From IMG/VR virus record IMGVR_UViG_3300027833_000015, positions 64,001 to 128,000 of that record: a stretch of DNA of 64,000 nucleotides. One strand, 5' to 3'. Position numbers and translations under genes: made by a program. Under the pieces are notes generated by a model. That model made no database searches, was not told the DNA's origin, and worked only from the letters and a program-made list of their open reading frames with translations. Source of the stretch: a virus. This document shows positions 30,138-39,489 of the stretch, piece by piece (the stretch's first letter is position 1; every line of letters begins with the position of its first letter).

Positions 30138-30406
30138 TATGATTTCCCGTTGTATTCGGTCAATGTGCTCAGGTTGAAAGACCTCCAACCAGCAGCATCA
30201 ATATCCCAGCAGACAACAAGGTCATCGGAGTTTGAAGGTGGGTTGGGAGAAGTCTCTTTGTGCTGGAGAGGAGAGATGAATGTGTTTAACAATGTCCCGT
30301 TCATCTCACGGAGTTCACCGTTCTTCTTTTCAAATTTAAAATTGACTGGACCCAGTTTCATTTGGGCAATGACAGTTTCTTTCTTTGGTATAAGTTGTTT
30401 CTTCAT
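30137..30406 (-). CDS. WYL_2/SH3-like beta-barrel protein
   Basis: FKFEKKNGELREMNGTL..VCWDIDAAGWRSF. Confidence 0.7.
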   Translation of the reverse strand: MKKQLIPKKETVIAQMKLGPVNFKFEKKNGELREMNGTLLNTFISPLQHKETSPNPPSNSDDLVVCWDIDAAGWRSFNLSTLTEYNGKS

Positions 30407-30561
30407 GATACGTCCTTCGTCTCAATGTTCCATTTACGATCAGGATACTCGCGCTCGAGTCTCTCGACCATCTCTAAGGCAGCAGAGTATGTACTCGCTT
30501 GCCTTTTGTACGGGGACTCTTCTTGTCCTTCGTAGGTGATCAGTATTACTTCAGTTGCCAT
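30403..30561 (-). CDS. Small hypothetical protein (52 aa)
   Basis: MATEVILITYEGQEESPYKRQ...; GAGG RBS, ATGA overlap with the next gene. Confidence 0.55.
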   Translation of the reverse strand: MATEVILITYEGQEESPYKRQASTYSAALEMVERLEREYPDRKWNIETKDVS

Positions 30562-30584
30562 GTTATTCCTCGAGTGCAGACTCT

Positions 30585-30613
30585 ATTATCGTTCAAACGG
30601 ATTCAGATGTCAA
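30585..30613 (-). promoter_or_regulatory. Sigma70-type early promoter
   Basis: TTGACA-17 nt-GATAAT. Confidence 0.65.
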
Positions 30614-30826
30614 GCGACTGCGTGGAGTGATCGGCATGCTCCTCAAACGATACTCCCCGACGCTTGTTGCAAATATAGCATTGTCTTCATCAGTCCACTC
30701 TATTTTTACCTTCTCGGTGAGAGAGACTTCTGAGTGATTGAAGAGAAACTCTTCCTTCGCCTGTTGTAATGTGGCAAACCAAATGCTGTCATCGGGACTG
30801 TCGACAAAATACACTTTATCTCTCAT
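30593..30826 (-). CDS. Small hypothetical protein
   Basis: ORF in a tightly packed early operon. Confidence 0.55.
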   Translation of the reverse strand: MRDKVYFVDSPDDSIWFATLQQAKEEFLFNHSEVSLTEKVKIEWTDEDNAIFATSVGEYRLRSMPITPRSRLTSESV

Positions 30827-30829
30827 GGT

Positions 30830-31078
30830 CTATGCCTCCAGTGTTTTCTCTGACATATAGAAACCACCATTGCGAAAACGGAAGTATGCTGATTTCACGT
30901 GCTGATCGTTTTTATCCAGTGTGAGTTGCATCTCTCCAAGATGTTCCGTACCCAACTCTGCCATGTGGGCATACCTGCGATGCAGTTCACGCATTGCACC
31001 CTCAAGGGTGGCGTGTATGGTTTGAAGGTAATCGCCTTCATAATCAACATTTTCTTCTATAACAAATACAGTGTTCAT
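30830..31078 (-). CDS. Small hypothetical protein
   Basis: MNTVFVIEENVDYEGD; packed operon. Confidence 0.6.
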   Translation of the reverse strand: MNTVFVIEENVDYEGDYLQTIHATLEGAMRELHRRYAHMAELGTEHLGEMQLTLDKNDQHVKSAYFRFRNGGFYMSEKTLEA

Positions 31079-31080
31079 TT

Positions 31081-31335
31081 CTATCTTCCTTGCTTTGAAA
31101 GTTGTTCAACGTCTGACTCGTCTTCGGCAAAAATGCTTTCGAGTTTCCTTTGTGCGTCCTCGGCAGCAGCACGCTCTATCTGGAGTTTCCTTTGTGCTTG
31201 CTTCTGCATAGACTCGATGATACGCTGCTGGTCATCGCAAAGTTCGCGCAGTGCTTCGAGTTCTTGACGTGCCTGTTTCTTGGCATCGTCTGCGCCTTGG
31301 AGGTATGCTTGACTCATTTTATCTGCTACTGACAT
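31081..31335 (-). CDS. Small coiled-coil hypothetical protein
   Basis: First gene after the repeated promoter. Confidence 0.6.
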   Translation of the reverse strand: MSVADKMSQAYLQGADDAKKQARQELEALRELCDDQQRIIESMQKQAQRKLQIERAAAEDAQRKLESIFAEDESDVEQLSKQGR

Positions 31336-31351
31336 AATCTCTTCCTTTTGG

Positions 31352-31433
31352 TTTCTCTCTCAACTTGCAACCATTATACCGCGATGAGGGTACAAAGGCA
31401 AAGTCTAAAAAAGTGAATAGAATCAACAACTTA
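31352..31433 (-). promoter_or_regulatory. Repeated early promoter cassette, copy A (IHF-consensus site plus sigma70 promoter)
   Basis: TTGCCT-17-TATAAT; AATCAACAACTTA at 31421-31433. Confidence 0.8.
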
Positions 31434-31655
31434 GACAACAACCCTGAACCATGGTTGGTTACGGTTGCGAGCAGTATTGACCGCCACGAACCCCAGATCA
31501 GCGAAGTCGTACAATTCGTCTTTGATCTTCTGGAGATTTTCGCTGGTGGTATCGATGTTCGCCAACACTGCGATGCTATGTGCATTCAAAGACGAGTTGG
31601 ACTCGCTCAGTGCTTTCAGGATACCATATGCTGTTACTTCGTTTTTCATACTCAC
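31431..31655 (-). CDS. Small hypothetical protein, possibly winged-helix-like
   Basis: 74-aa ORF flanked by two copies of the promoter repeat. Confidence 0.55.
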   Translation of the reverse strand: MSMKNEVTAYGILKALSESNSSLNAHSIAVLANIDTTSENLQKIKDELYDFADLGFVAVNTARNRNQPWFRVVV

Positions 31656-31665
31656 TTCCTCTTGT

Positions 31666-31746
31666 GTTCTCTCTCAACTGCAACCATTATAGCGCGATGA
31701 GGGTACAAAGACAAAGTCTGAAAAACTGAATAGAATCAACAACTTA
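31666..31746 (-). promoter_or_regulatory. Repeated early promoter cassette, copy B
   Basis: TTGTCT-17-TATAAT; AATCAACAACTTA at 31734-31746; near-identical to copy A. Confidence 0.8.
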
Positions 31747-32370
31747 CGTTGATGTGACGAATTCCACATTGGAGGGTGTGGGTATTTTGGTGTTGGGGTG
31801 CTTGTGATATAGGACGAATTTGGTGTCCTTGAACTCATTGAATATCCCCGTCCAGATCGGACGCCAGATATCAAGCAGTCTGTGGTTGTTGATACCACTA
31901 CGGTCACTGTTCAGGACAACGTCCGTGTACGAGCGCATGTTGTGGTCAAAGATCGAGTCGAATCCATACATGTGGATCTCGTCGGGTTGATGCCGTGTGG
32001 CGGCATAGTGAGTTGCGAGGTGTCCGCAATTGAAGTTTGTTGCACCGAGGTCGCCTTCGCCTGCATAAGAAGGAACTGTTGTATAGAATTCCCTGATGTG
32101 CGATGCATGCTTCATGGCAAATACTGGGCGAGATTCCATAAACATCTTCGGGCGAGTGCCACAGATCCAGTGAAATCCATTCAGATCAATCGAACCTTCT
32201 TCGAGAGCAAAGCACATCTTGAAGTCAACAATGCAGGTGGCATAAGGTCGGACAACTTCGAACGGTGGCATGTTACACACAATCAACTTGTCTGCGCGTT
32301 CGTACCGAATTGCTTCTGGCATCATCTGTGCCATGTCACCGTTGCCGAGTATGTGTAACTTCTTTGTCAT
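31744..32370 (-). CDS. Rossmann-like protein of the glycan cluster (possible sugar transferase)
   Basis: HILGNG, NCGHLA, IHMYGFD pattern reminiscent of GT29/GT42/MAF-like folds. Confidence 0.45.
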   Translation of the reverse strand: MTKKLHILGNGDMAQMMPEAIRYERADKLIVCNMPPFEVVRPYATCIVDFKMCFALEEGSIDLNGFHWICGTRPKMFMESRPVFAMKHASHIREFYTTVPSYAGEGDLGATNFNCGHLATHYAATRHQPDEIHMYGFDSIFDHNMRSYTDVVLNSDRSGINNHRLLDIWRPIWTGIFNEFKDTKFVLYHKHPNTKIPTPSNVEFVTST

Positions 32371-33014
32371 AGTTTCATCTGTTTACGAATTTCTAGATTA
32401 CCTTTCTCACCAGTCCAATGCATTATGACTGGATTGTTTGGAACGTTATTATCTATATGGTCTATTCTAAGCACATTAAACCTATGGGGGACGTCTGCTA
32501 TCATCATCACCTTACGCATAGCGTCACCACCTATCATAGCATGCAGAACTTCTTGGTCTCCGCGATGCTCCTTCTTCCCAGCAACATTCATCCACTGGCG
32601 TAGAACTGGGGGTCTTCCTTCAAACGCAATAACTCCAGTGTTGTACCAGTCGCCTTTCTCTGGTCTGCGCAAACTCCAAGGGTGATCTTTTATCATTGCC
32701 AGTTTGTTGTGGACAACATAGTTGAATATTTCTTTGGGGTCTGACATTACTTGGCAGTCTGTGTCTAACCAACAAACTCTGTTAAACTCTTGGTCTGACG
32801 CTTCAAGCATTGCTTCTATCTTCGAGAACCAACCATTTGATTTACAGGCGATAATACGATGAGCAAAACTAGACACGCTCTTCAGCATCTCTTCGCTCAT
32901 ACCAAAGTCGGCAATGATTAACGGAGTCTTGCTGTGCTTTGAATAGTTATCGATGAACCAAGGCAATTGCCACTCAGTGTTCTTATCACAACCTGTTAGG
33001 TAACATGCGGTCAT
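32367..33014 (-). CDS. GT-A fold glycosyltransferase (GT8-like)
   Basis: WLDTD, YNTGV, GDQEVL, HWTG. Confidence 0.75.
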   Translation of the reverse strand: MTACYLTGCDKNTEWQLPWFIDNYSKHSKTPLIIADFGMSEEMLKSVSSFAHRIIACKSNGWFSKIEAMLEASDQEFNRVCWLDTDCQVMSDPKEIFNYVVHNKLAMIKDHPWSLRRPEKGDWYNTGVIAFEGRPPVLRQWMNVAGKKEHRGDQEVLHAMIGGDAMRKVMMIADVPHRFNVLRIDHIDNNVPNNPVIMHWTGEKGNLEIRKQMKL

Positions 33015-33655
33015 AGTATCCTATAGGTCTCCCCGTAGTTATGTTTCGCTATGCATCCTGCTGTGGTCTGCATGGTGCTAAAATCATCTCTCGCCTCAAC
33101 TGGCCAAGGATAATACTCTTCGACAAAATCAAAGTTGCTATTGCATATGAATAGGTCTGTAGTTTGACCCAGAGTTTTCGCCTTCTCTATCAGAACCTTT
33201 GCTGCTTTAGGTTTTACGATATATGCGTGTGCTCCAGGAAGGTACTGTTTCGAGACGAGAGTATTGACACCAAGTATCGGAGGAGTAATAAACTTGCCAT
33301 AACTTGGTGCACCCAGAGATAGCACTCCTTTGAAGTTAAGCGTGGTCGGGAGAAAGTTTGTGAAGACAGCATCGTGTTCAAGAACAAAAACATCGACGTT
33401 TTGTTCTACAGAGTATTGCCAAAGTTTGTGATGTGAAAGGAAAGCAGAAAGGCATGGTTCTAATCGGGAATACACTTCCCTAAATCCGTTGGTCTCTATT
33501 CCGAGGTTTTTGGCGATAGAAAGTGGATCATCTTTCGGAGTGTACGCTGGTGAAACTTCTACTTCTACACCATATTTTTTACCAGACCGCACACACCTCT
33601 GTGCGACTTGTACCGACTCTTCCATTCCAGTGATCGTTATAACAAATGCTTTCAT
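33011..33655 (-). CDS. Glycosyltransferase family 25-like
   Basis: MKAFVI, FLSHHKLW, VLEHDA, GAHAYIVKPKAAKVL. Confidence 0.8.
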   Translation of the reverse strand: MKAFVITITGMEESVQVAQRCVRSGKKYGVEVEVSPAYTPKDDPLSIAKNLGIETNGFREVYSRLEPCLSAFLSHHKLWQYSVEQNVDVFVLEHDAVFTNFLPTTLNFKGVLSLGAPSYGKFITPPILGVNTLVSKQYLPGAHAYIVKPKAAKVLIEKAKTLGQTTDLFICNSNFDFVEEYYPWPVEARDDFSTMQTTAGCIAKHNYGETYRIL

Positions 33656-33783
33656 AACTTATGTCTTTTCTTCGGTTTACAATTATATAGTTGTGCTGCT
33701 GTTGTCTGATTACACGGAGACAAACGGAGACCAATCATGGAACCCAATACGTTAAGAGGAATATACTTTCCTCTCCATGTGCC

Positions 33784-34512
33784 CTAGTTTGTTGTAGTAG
33801 AAATTATCTTCCTGGCATAAGTTGCATATGGATACAACACTTTTAGTTCGGGAAATAACTGTCGGCACATAACAGCATCATTTGGCCACATCCCTATGCG
33901 TTGAACTTCAGCAAGAAGTTTCTTTGCGAGTGCGGGTCTGATGAGATACGCACTGTTGCCAGCAAGTCCCATTGGAAAAGGTGGTTCTGTCGGTTCGTCG
34001 ATGATGGGTACTCGGTGAATCCCGTCCCCACACGCTGCGACTTTTGCATGGAACAATTGTCCCTTGCGAGTATTGCCCCTCGGGTCATTTAACCCGACAG
34101 CACCCCATTTTGTATCTTCCATGATAACAGATATATCTATATCACGGATGAATTCTGCATCGTGCTCGAGTACCATGATTGGTTCGTTGGACTCAGCACA
34201 TAATTTCCATAGACGGTAATGACTCAGCGCACACGCTACGACCTTGTTCTGGTCTGCTGCTTGGTAAGTCCTCTTGTGCAACCCAGTGTACAAGCAGTAT
34301 CCGTCATCTTCTGTTCGGGTTGGCCATGACCATGCTATCTGTTTCCCGAACACATCCTGTATATGTTTATATATGTCTATTGGTTGCGTTGCCTCAAATG
34401 TATTAAACTTGACTGCTTGGGCGATCCAACAATTTCCACTAGATTGCGTGGCGTGACTTCCCAGCAAAGATAGAGGATGGTCTGACATTGTTATGATGTG
34501 TGCGTTTATCAT
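33784..34512 (-). CDS. Glycosyltransferase family 25-like
   Basis: CALSHYRLW, VLEHDA, GNSAYLIRP. Confidence 0.8.
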   Translation of the reverse strand: MINAHIITMSDHPLSLLGSHATQSSGNCWIAQAVKFNTFEATQPIDIYKHIQDVFGKQIAWSWPTRTEDDGYCLYTGLHKRTYQAADQNKVVACALSHYRLWKLCAESNEPIMVLEHDAEFIRDIDISVIMEDTKWGAVGLNDPRGNTRKGQLFHAKVAACGDGIHRVPIIDEPTEPPFPMGLAGNSAYLIRPALAKKLLAEVQRIGMWPNDAVMCRQLFPELKVLYPYATYARKIISTTTN

Positions 34513-35196
34513 TTAGAATCCGTGGGATGTCTTCAGGTTCTTGCTATTAAACTTCACGGGAGCAGGAGAAATATAATCCATACTCACGTTCATACTATTT
34601 ATGAAGAAATCAGACTGGTCGATTCCGTGAGTTTCTAATGCATCCAATAACCTTCTAGCACCTTTCGGTGTGAGCGCATACGCAGCAGTTCCAGGTGCCA
34701 TGTCGCTAAATTTAAAAACATTGTCTTTGTAATATTTTAGTGGGTACGATATCGGAAACTTTCCTGCGCCTACAGGAAATTCATATCCCAAGAATTGTCT
34801 CAGCGCGAGTGGACTTGGTGCTTTGAACACGTGGTCGCAGTTTAGCAGAAGATATTCCGAGAATTTGATTTTGGGTGGAGGAGACACGCATATAGAATCG
34901 TGTTCGAAGAAACACATTCTCTTCTTGCCTCCAGCGACTTCTTGCCAGAAGTTAATGTGGTTGGTGAAGCAACTCATCTTGGTGTCGAATATTGCTTTGT
35001 CCTGTTTCTTAAAACCATCCAGTCTACCATTGGGGACGGGAGGTTTGTTATAGTGTTCGCTTTGAGAAACTGTCTTCGGTGTTACACCTGCGTGGAGTTC
35101 AACGTCCCAACCGTGGGAAATAAAACTCTTCAGCGAGTCATTTGCTTGCTGAGTAGATTCTGCATGACCTTCGATGTATATGATACGACCTTTCAC
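34513..35196 (-). CDS. Glycosyltransferase family 25-like
   Basis: CFTNHINFW, FFEHDS, GTAAYALTPKGARRLL. Confidence 0.75.
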   Translation of the reverse strand: MKGRIIYIEGHAESTQQANDSLKSFISHGWDVELHAGVTPKTVSQSEHYNKPPVPNGRLDGFKKQDKAIFDTKMSCFTNHINFWQEVAGGKKRMCFFEHDSICVSPPPKIKFSEYLLLNCDHVFKAPSPLALRQFLGYEFPVGAGKFPISYPLKYYKDNVFKFSDMAPGTAAYALTPKGARRLLDALETHGIDQSDFFINSMNVSMDYISPAPVKFNSKNLKTSHGF

Positions 35197-35743
35197 TTTC
35201 GCACCACCACAGTGGACTTCATAAAATACAAAGACTTATCGACGCCAACCTGTTGCGCCATAGACAGGAACTGAGAACTGCTTCTATCGTTTGGGTGATC
35301 TATGGCATGCTTCACCATGTCTGCGTTTCCAGATCTATGCTTCAATAGGACTTCTTCGAACCCAGCATTTTCAGTCAGACAGAGAAGTCCTTCTGGGGTA
35401 AACCTAAAGAAGTCTCCTGGCCAGTCATGAACCTGATACATGAAAGGGGATGACGCGATGAGCATGCCACCTTTATTGAGAACTCGGTACGCTTCCTCTA
35501 CGCACAACCATGGTTTCTTGCAGTGTTCGAGAACCTGATTCATTATAACGCAATCGAAAGACTCGTCTTCGTACGGAAGATCATCTGCGCTGACTTCAGG
35601 GAATTGCGAGATAGTAACCTCATCAAACTTGGACAACCATTCTTTGGTCTGACCGCTGATCTCGAGGACGGAGTTGTTCGGGTATTGGTTGTTTTCGAGA
35701 AACGACCCAACAACCCGCATGTACTCGAGTCGAGTCGCTTTCA
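35193..35743 (-). CDS. Class I SAM-dependent methyltransferase (Methyltransf_11-like)
   Basis: LPYEDESFDCVIMNQVLEH, RVLNKGG, HDWPGDFFRFTPEGL; probable start MKATR. Confidence 0.8.
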
Positions 35744-36322
35744 TGCAATTCTCTCGATGACAGTACATCCACACTTTCCGAGAGGAAGATCAGCAACAAC
35801 CTTCCATGTGTTGGGTTGCACCTTTTCGATAAACTGGGTCACAACCATGAACAGTTCCCTGCCCTTTTGGTTCACGTCATGGAATGCAATCCTTTTTGAA
35901 ACACTGCTGGCGTGAAGCATGAGTTCGTTCATCAGATAAACTGGATCGTGTAGACTGTCGATGTGCAGAAAGTCGCAGGGAGTAACGGAAGCGGTGTCTG
36001 TTGAACTCATCTCAAGTAGCGTGACCGTCTTACCAGAAGACTCTGCATAATCGTCGACAAACTTCTGCACAGATTGCCGATACTTGTTGTATGAAATGTC
36101 AACACCGACAACTTCTTCTACGCCATCCAGCGCGAGGAACATGGCGAATGTACCGCCTTGCCATACGCCCAACTCTTTCACAACGGCACAACCAGTGGCA
36201 TACTCTGCGAGCATTTTGTCACGATCGTTTTCATATACGTTGTGGGACATACAGTGTTGTAGTCTGACTTCGAAGCAATCTTCGAGGGTCTTGCACTTTG
36301 AATAATCTAATGGTGCTGCCAT
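35741..36322 (-). CDS. SAM-dependent methyltransferase (Methyltransf_24-like)
   Basis: ELGVWQGGT, DFLHIDSLH, IAFHD. Confidence 0.75.
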   Translation of the reverse strand: MAAPLDYSKCKTLEDCFEVRLQHCMSHNVYENDRDKMLAEYATGCAVVKELGVWQGGTFAMFLALDGVEEVVGVDISYNKYRQSVQKFVDDYAESSGKTVTLLEMSSTDTASVTPCDFLHIDSLHDPVYLMNELMLHASSVSKRIAFHDVNQKGRELFMVVTQFIEKVQPNTWKVVADLPLGKCGCTVIERIA

Positions 36323-36330
36323 GGTAGTAC

Positions 36331-37116
36331 CTATATTTGACTCATTAATGTATCGACGTCTTCACCGCGATCAGGCAGTTTGTTCTTGAGGAAGAAGTGT
36401 ACGAAATATGCATTAACTATGCTTTTTTCAGTCACACCATTATATAGTGCGTTGAATTTCCACTCCATATCCTGCACCTGCAATGGGACTTTCTTCACCC
36501 ACCAGTTGAGCAGGGTCTGGTCGGTCGACCATTTCCACGCACCGTCACCGTCTACAAATCGTTTGAACTCGACTCGGTTCAAGAACTCTCGAGCGTTCTG
36601 TCCTTTGAAGTGTTTGACGATTGACTTGTTCATAACAATCATGCCCATGTTATAGAACTTCGCGCCAAGGGTGTTCCATTGCCAATCAACGTCAGACAAA
36701 TTGCTATACTGCATGCGCGAGTAGTTGTATATCTTCTGCGCGTACTCGGGTGTGATCGGCATTTCTCTTTCAGCACAAGCACCGAAGTCGTATGCATAAC
36801 TATCAAAGTGCTCGAAGATGTTTGGCGCGTCTGGACGAATGTAGATGTCTGCGTCGATTATCGCAATGTCGTCGAATCGATAGAAGTAATCGAATGCGTT
36901 TTCTTTTTCAAAGATGGGGAGATACCCACCGTATTTCTTGTAGGATTCAGTAGACCTATTCGTGGCGAATATGTCGGGGCATATCCGAAGGATAGGTTGA
37001 CGTTGTACGATGTGTTCGATGCCATACTTCTTGCAGTAGTTGGCAACAGAATCTATGCAGTGTTCGTAGAGTTTAGACTTTGGTCCAACCGCGACTTGAT
37101 ATATCATTTGCTTCAT
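36331..37116 (-). CDS. GT-A fold glycosyltransferase (GT8/GT34-like)
   Basis: IIDADIY, YNMGMIV, DQTLLN, FVHFF. Confidence 0.75.
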   Translation of the reverse strand: MKQMIYQVAVGPKSKLYEHCIDSVANYCKKYGIEHIVQRQPILRICPDIFATNRSTESYKKYGGYLPIFEKENAFDYFYRFDDIAIIDADIYIRPDAPNIFEHFDSYAYDFGACAEREMPITPEYAQKIYNYSRMQYSNLSDVDWQWNTLGAKFYNMGMIVMNKSIVKHFKGQNAREFLNRVEFKRFVDGDGAWKWSTDQTLLNWWVKKVPLQVQDMEWKFNALYNGVTEKSIVNAYFVHFFLKNKLPDRGEDVDTLMSQI

Positions 37117-37125
37117 TTACTTCCC

Positions 37126-38664
37126 TCAAGATGTCCATACATTGACACCGTATCTCATAGTGAAATCTTTTGCATCGTGCTCATCGTTTACCATGGGCAT
37201 CCCGCGTATGTTCAGAGAAGTATTTAGCAACATCGGAACACCTGTCCTTTTGTAGTAGCATTCGATGACTTGACGAAAGACGGACTGACAATCCTTCGGG
37301 ACTAACTGTACCCTGCCTGTACCATCAACGTGGGTGACGGATTTATAGTCGTGCTTGGCAATTGCGCAGTATTGCATCCACTGATTCATCGGTCCAGAGA
37401 AATATTCTTCTGCGTGTTCCTCGAGTATAGCAGGAGCAAACGGACGAAACTCTTGTCTCCGTTTGATTCTATTCACAGTCCCTTGTACGTCATACCGCAC
37501 ATCTGCTATCAGGGATCGGTTGCCGTATGCGCGTGTGCTGAACTCTGCGCGACCGTTGGCGATACCACAGACTTTATTCTTCATCAGGTCATCAACAACT
37601 TTCTCTGGGTCAAGATCGCCTTCAATATTGTATCCCAGAAACGGACTCGTCCAGTTGAGTCGGTCAATGCCAGTGTCTTGCATCAACTTCCAACCTGCTG
37701 CTCCCAAAGAGGCACCGCCATCTCCAGGGTTCACGTCAACCCACACATCATCAAACAACTCTTGTACGCGAGTGTTCGCCACGATGTTTTGCGCAACGCC
37801 ACCAGAGTAACACAGGTGTGTGCCGTACTTTCTCGCTTCACGCATTATATCAAGGATCATTTCCTCAACTGCGTACTGTAGTGATGCTGCTGCATCTGGT
37901 ATACTTTTACATTCTCTAATCAGCATGCTGACAATGGCGCGGAGTGGTTGCAGTTTAAACGCATACATCCGCTGCCAGTCTATTTCTATTTTTTCTGTTG
38001 GATCTATGCCAACGGTGCATTCGAACATGTCATACACTTTCTCCCAATGAGTCGGTTCACCATAACTGGCGAGACCCATGACCACATACTCATCCTCATT
38101 TGCCTTGAGGTTCATTTCAGGAATTTCGGTAGTGAAGAATGCGTAGAGATATCCAATTGATTTCGGAAATGTCATTTGCCAGACAAGTTTGAGATCGGAG
38201 TTGTATATTGCAGCAGAACGATATTCTCCGACACCATCGATAACCACGGTGACGCAATCACTTCGCTTGAAGTGCTCGGGTCTGGTCATAAAGGCACCAC
38301 AACCGTGGGACATATGGTGTTCGTTGGAAACTACGTTGGTTATGCTTCGGTGAAAATTCCAAGGCATGGTCTGACTGAGGACTTCGCCTGTCCACTTGTG
38401 GTGTTCCTTAACGAAACCTCTCCTGAATTCCTCACGTTTCTCCCAATCATCATTGAGTACCACCCAAATATTTGGATCTAGGTCAGCAATGATTTCGGTT
38501 CCACAGGTATCGATCCACTGTTGGGTGGGAATTAACCAGTCGTGTTTTTTCTTCGTGTAGCGTTCAGAAAGCGAGGCAAATTCTATATTGCCCTTATCAT
38601 CTATGCATGTAACTCCTGCATCGTGTAGAGTAAATCCACCGACGCCCACATACTTCTTGCCCAT
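37126..38664 (-). CDS. O-carbamoyltransferase (NodU/CmcH/TobZ family)
   Basis: HDAG, ERYTKKKHD, HHMSH, IDGVGE, VMGLASYG, SGGVAQN, PGDGG, RQEFRPFAP, HVDGTGRVQ, LLNTSLN. Confidence 0.92.
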   Translation of the reverse strand: MGKKYVGVGGFTLHDAGVTCIDDKGNIEFASLSERYTKKKHDWLIPTQQWIDTCGTEIIADLDPNIWVVLNDDWEKREEFRRGFVKEHHKWTGEVLSQTMPWNFHRSITNVVSNEHHMSHGCGAFMTRPEHFKRSDCVTVVIDGVGEYRSAAIYNSDLKLVWQMTFPKSIGYLYAFFTTEIPEMNLKANEDEYVVMGLASYGEPTHWEKVYDMFECTVGIDPTEKIEIDWQRMYAFKLQPLRAIVSMLIRECKSIPDAAASLQYAVEEMILDIMREARKYGTHLCYSGGVAQNIVANTRVQELFDDVWVDVNPGDGGASLGAAGWKLMQDTGIDRLNWTSPFLGYNIEGDLDPEKVVDDLMKNKVCGIANGRAEFSTRAYGNRSLIADVRYDVQGTVNRIKRRQEFRPFAPAILEEHAEEYFSGPMNQWMQYCAIAKHDYKSVTHVDGTGRVQLVPKDCQSVFRQVIECYYKRTGVPMLLNTSLNIRGMPMVNDEHDAKDFTMRYGVNVWTS

Positions 38665-39035
38665 TACTTATCACCATCTCCGCTTGATCGAGTGTACAGA
38701 CCAAACCATGCTGCACCTGCTCCGACAACTGTACTTATAAGACCTGCTTGGGCGAGGTCTGGAGAGTCGAGTTCCATGAACCACATTGTAGAGAAGTATA
38801 ACAGAACCATATACACGGAGATGAATGCTCGCGGAAATAGACGCCATGCGTCGATAGTCTTTGCTGCGTGTACCCATTTCTGCCATGGGTTGATCGCATG
38901 TTCCATTTTCAGTTCGCGGATCTGATCTTTGAGATCGGAGTTCTCATGTAAGATCGCCATGAACCTGTCGAGGTCAACTTCGACCTCGTTGCGATCAAAG
39001 TCGCCATGGAAATGCTGTTTCTTATCAGGCACCAA
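38664..39035 (-). CDS. Two-TM membrane protein, putative holin
   Basis: Two hydrophobic helices; overlaps the lysozyme gene. Confidence 0.5.
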   Translation of the reverse strand: MVPDKKQHFHGDFDRNEVEVDLDRFMAILHENSDLKDQIRELKMEHAINPWQKWVHAAKTIDAWRLFPRAFISVYMVLLYFSTMWFMELDSPDLAQAGLISTVVGAGAAWFGLYTRSSGDGDK

Positions 39036-39489
39036 GGTACTCCATTCGAATCATCAGGCGTTCTGCTCTCTGACCAACCTGCTTGTACCAGCGAGAGTCC
39101 CTTCCCTCTTTCCCTGCTTCGTTCCAGTCTTGTCGAGCGATTGCTGCGTTCATCTTCCTGAACTTTGACAACCGTGTGCGTCCGAGGTTGAACATCATGT
39201 TGACAAGTATTGCCTTTAGTTCACCGCTGAACTCCCACCACTCTGAACCATACAGCGCAGCACATTCCATCTCTGCTTCACCGATGTCATGATCGAAACA
39301 CTCATCAACCCTGTCTGCGTCGACGTCTGTTCCTGCTGGCCAGTTGTACTCTGGGTCTGTCTCAAGCACAAGGTGTCCGATACCAAACGTCTTGTGACCC
39401 AGCGAGTCGATGTATATCTCTTCAACTCTACCTTCGTCCCACTCAAGGTCTTGTCGGAGTTTTGTCATATTAATTGTTGGGCATGTCAT
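39025..39489 (-). CDS. e: Lysozyme/endolysin (GH24, T4 gene e-like)
   Basis: DEG..IYIDSLGHKTFGIGHL, NMMFNLG, DSRWYKQVGQRAERL. Confidence 0.9.
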   Translation of the reverse strand: MTCPTINMTKLRQDLEWDEGRVEEIYIDSLGHKTFGIGHLVLETDPEYNWPAGTDVDADRVDECFDHDIGEAEMECAALYGSEWWEFSGELKAILVNMMFNLGRTRLSKFRKMNAAIARQDWNEAGKEGRDSRWYKQVGQRAERLMIRMEYLGA

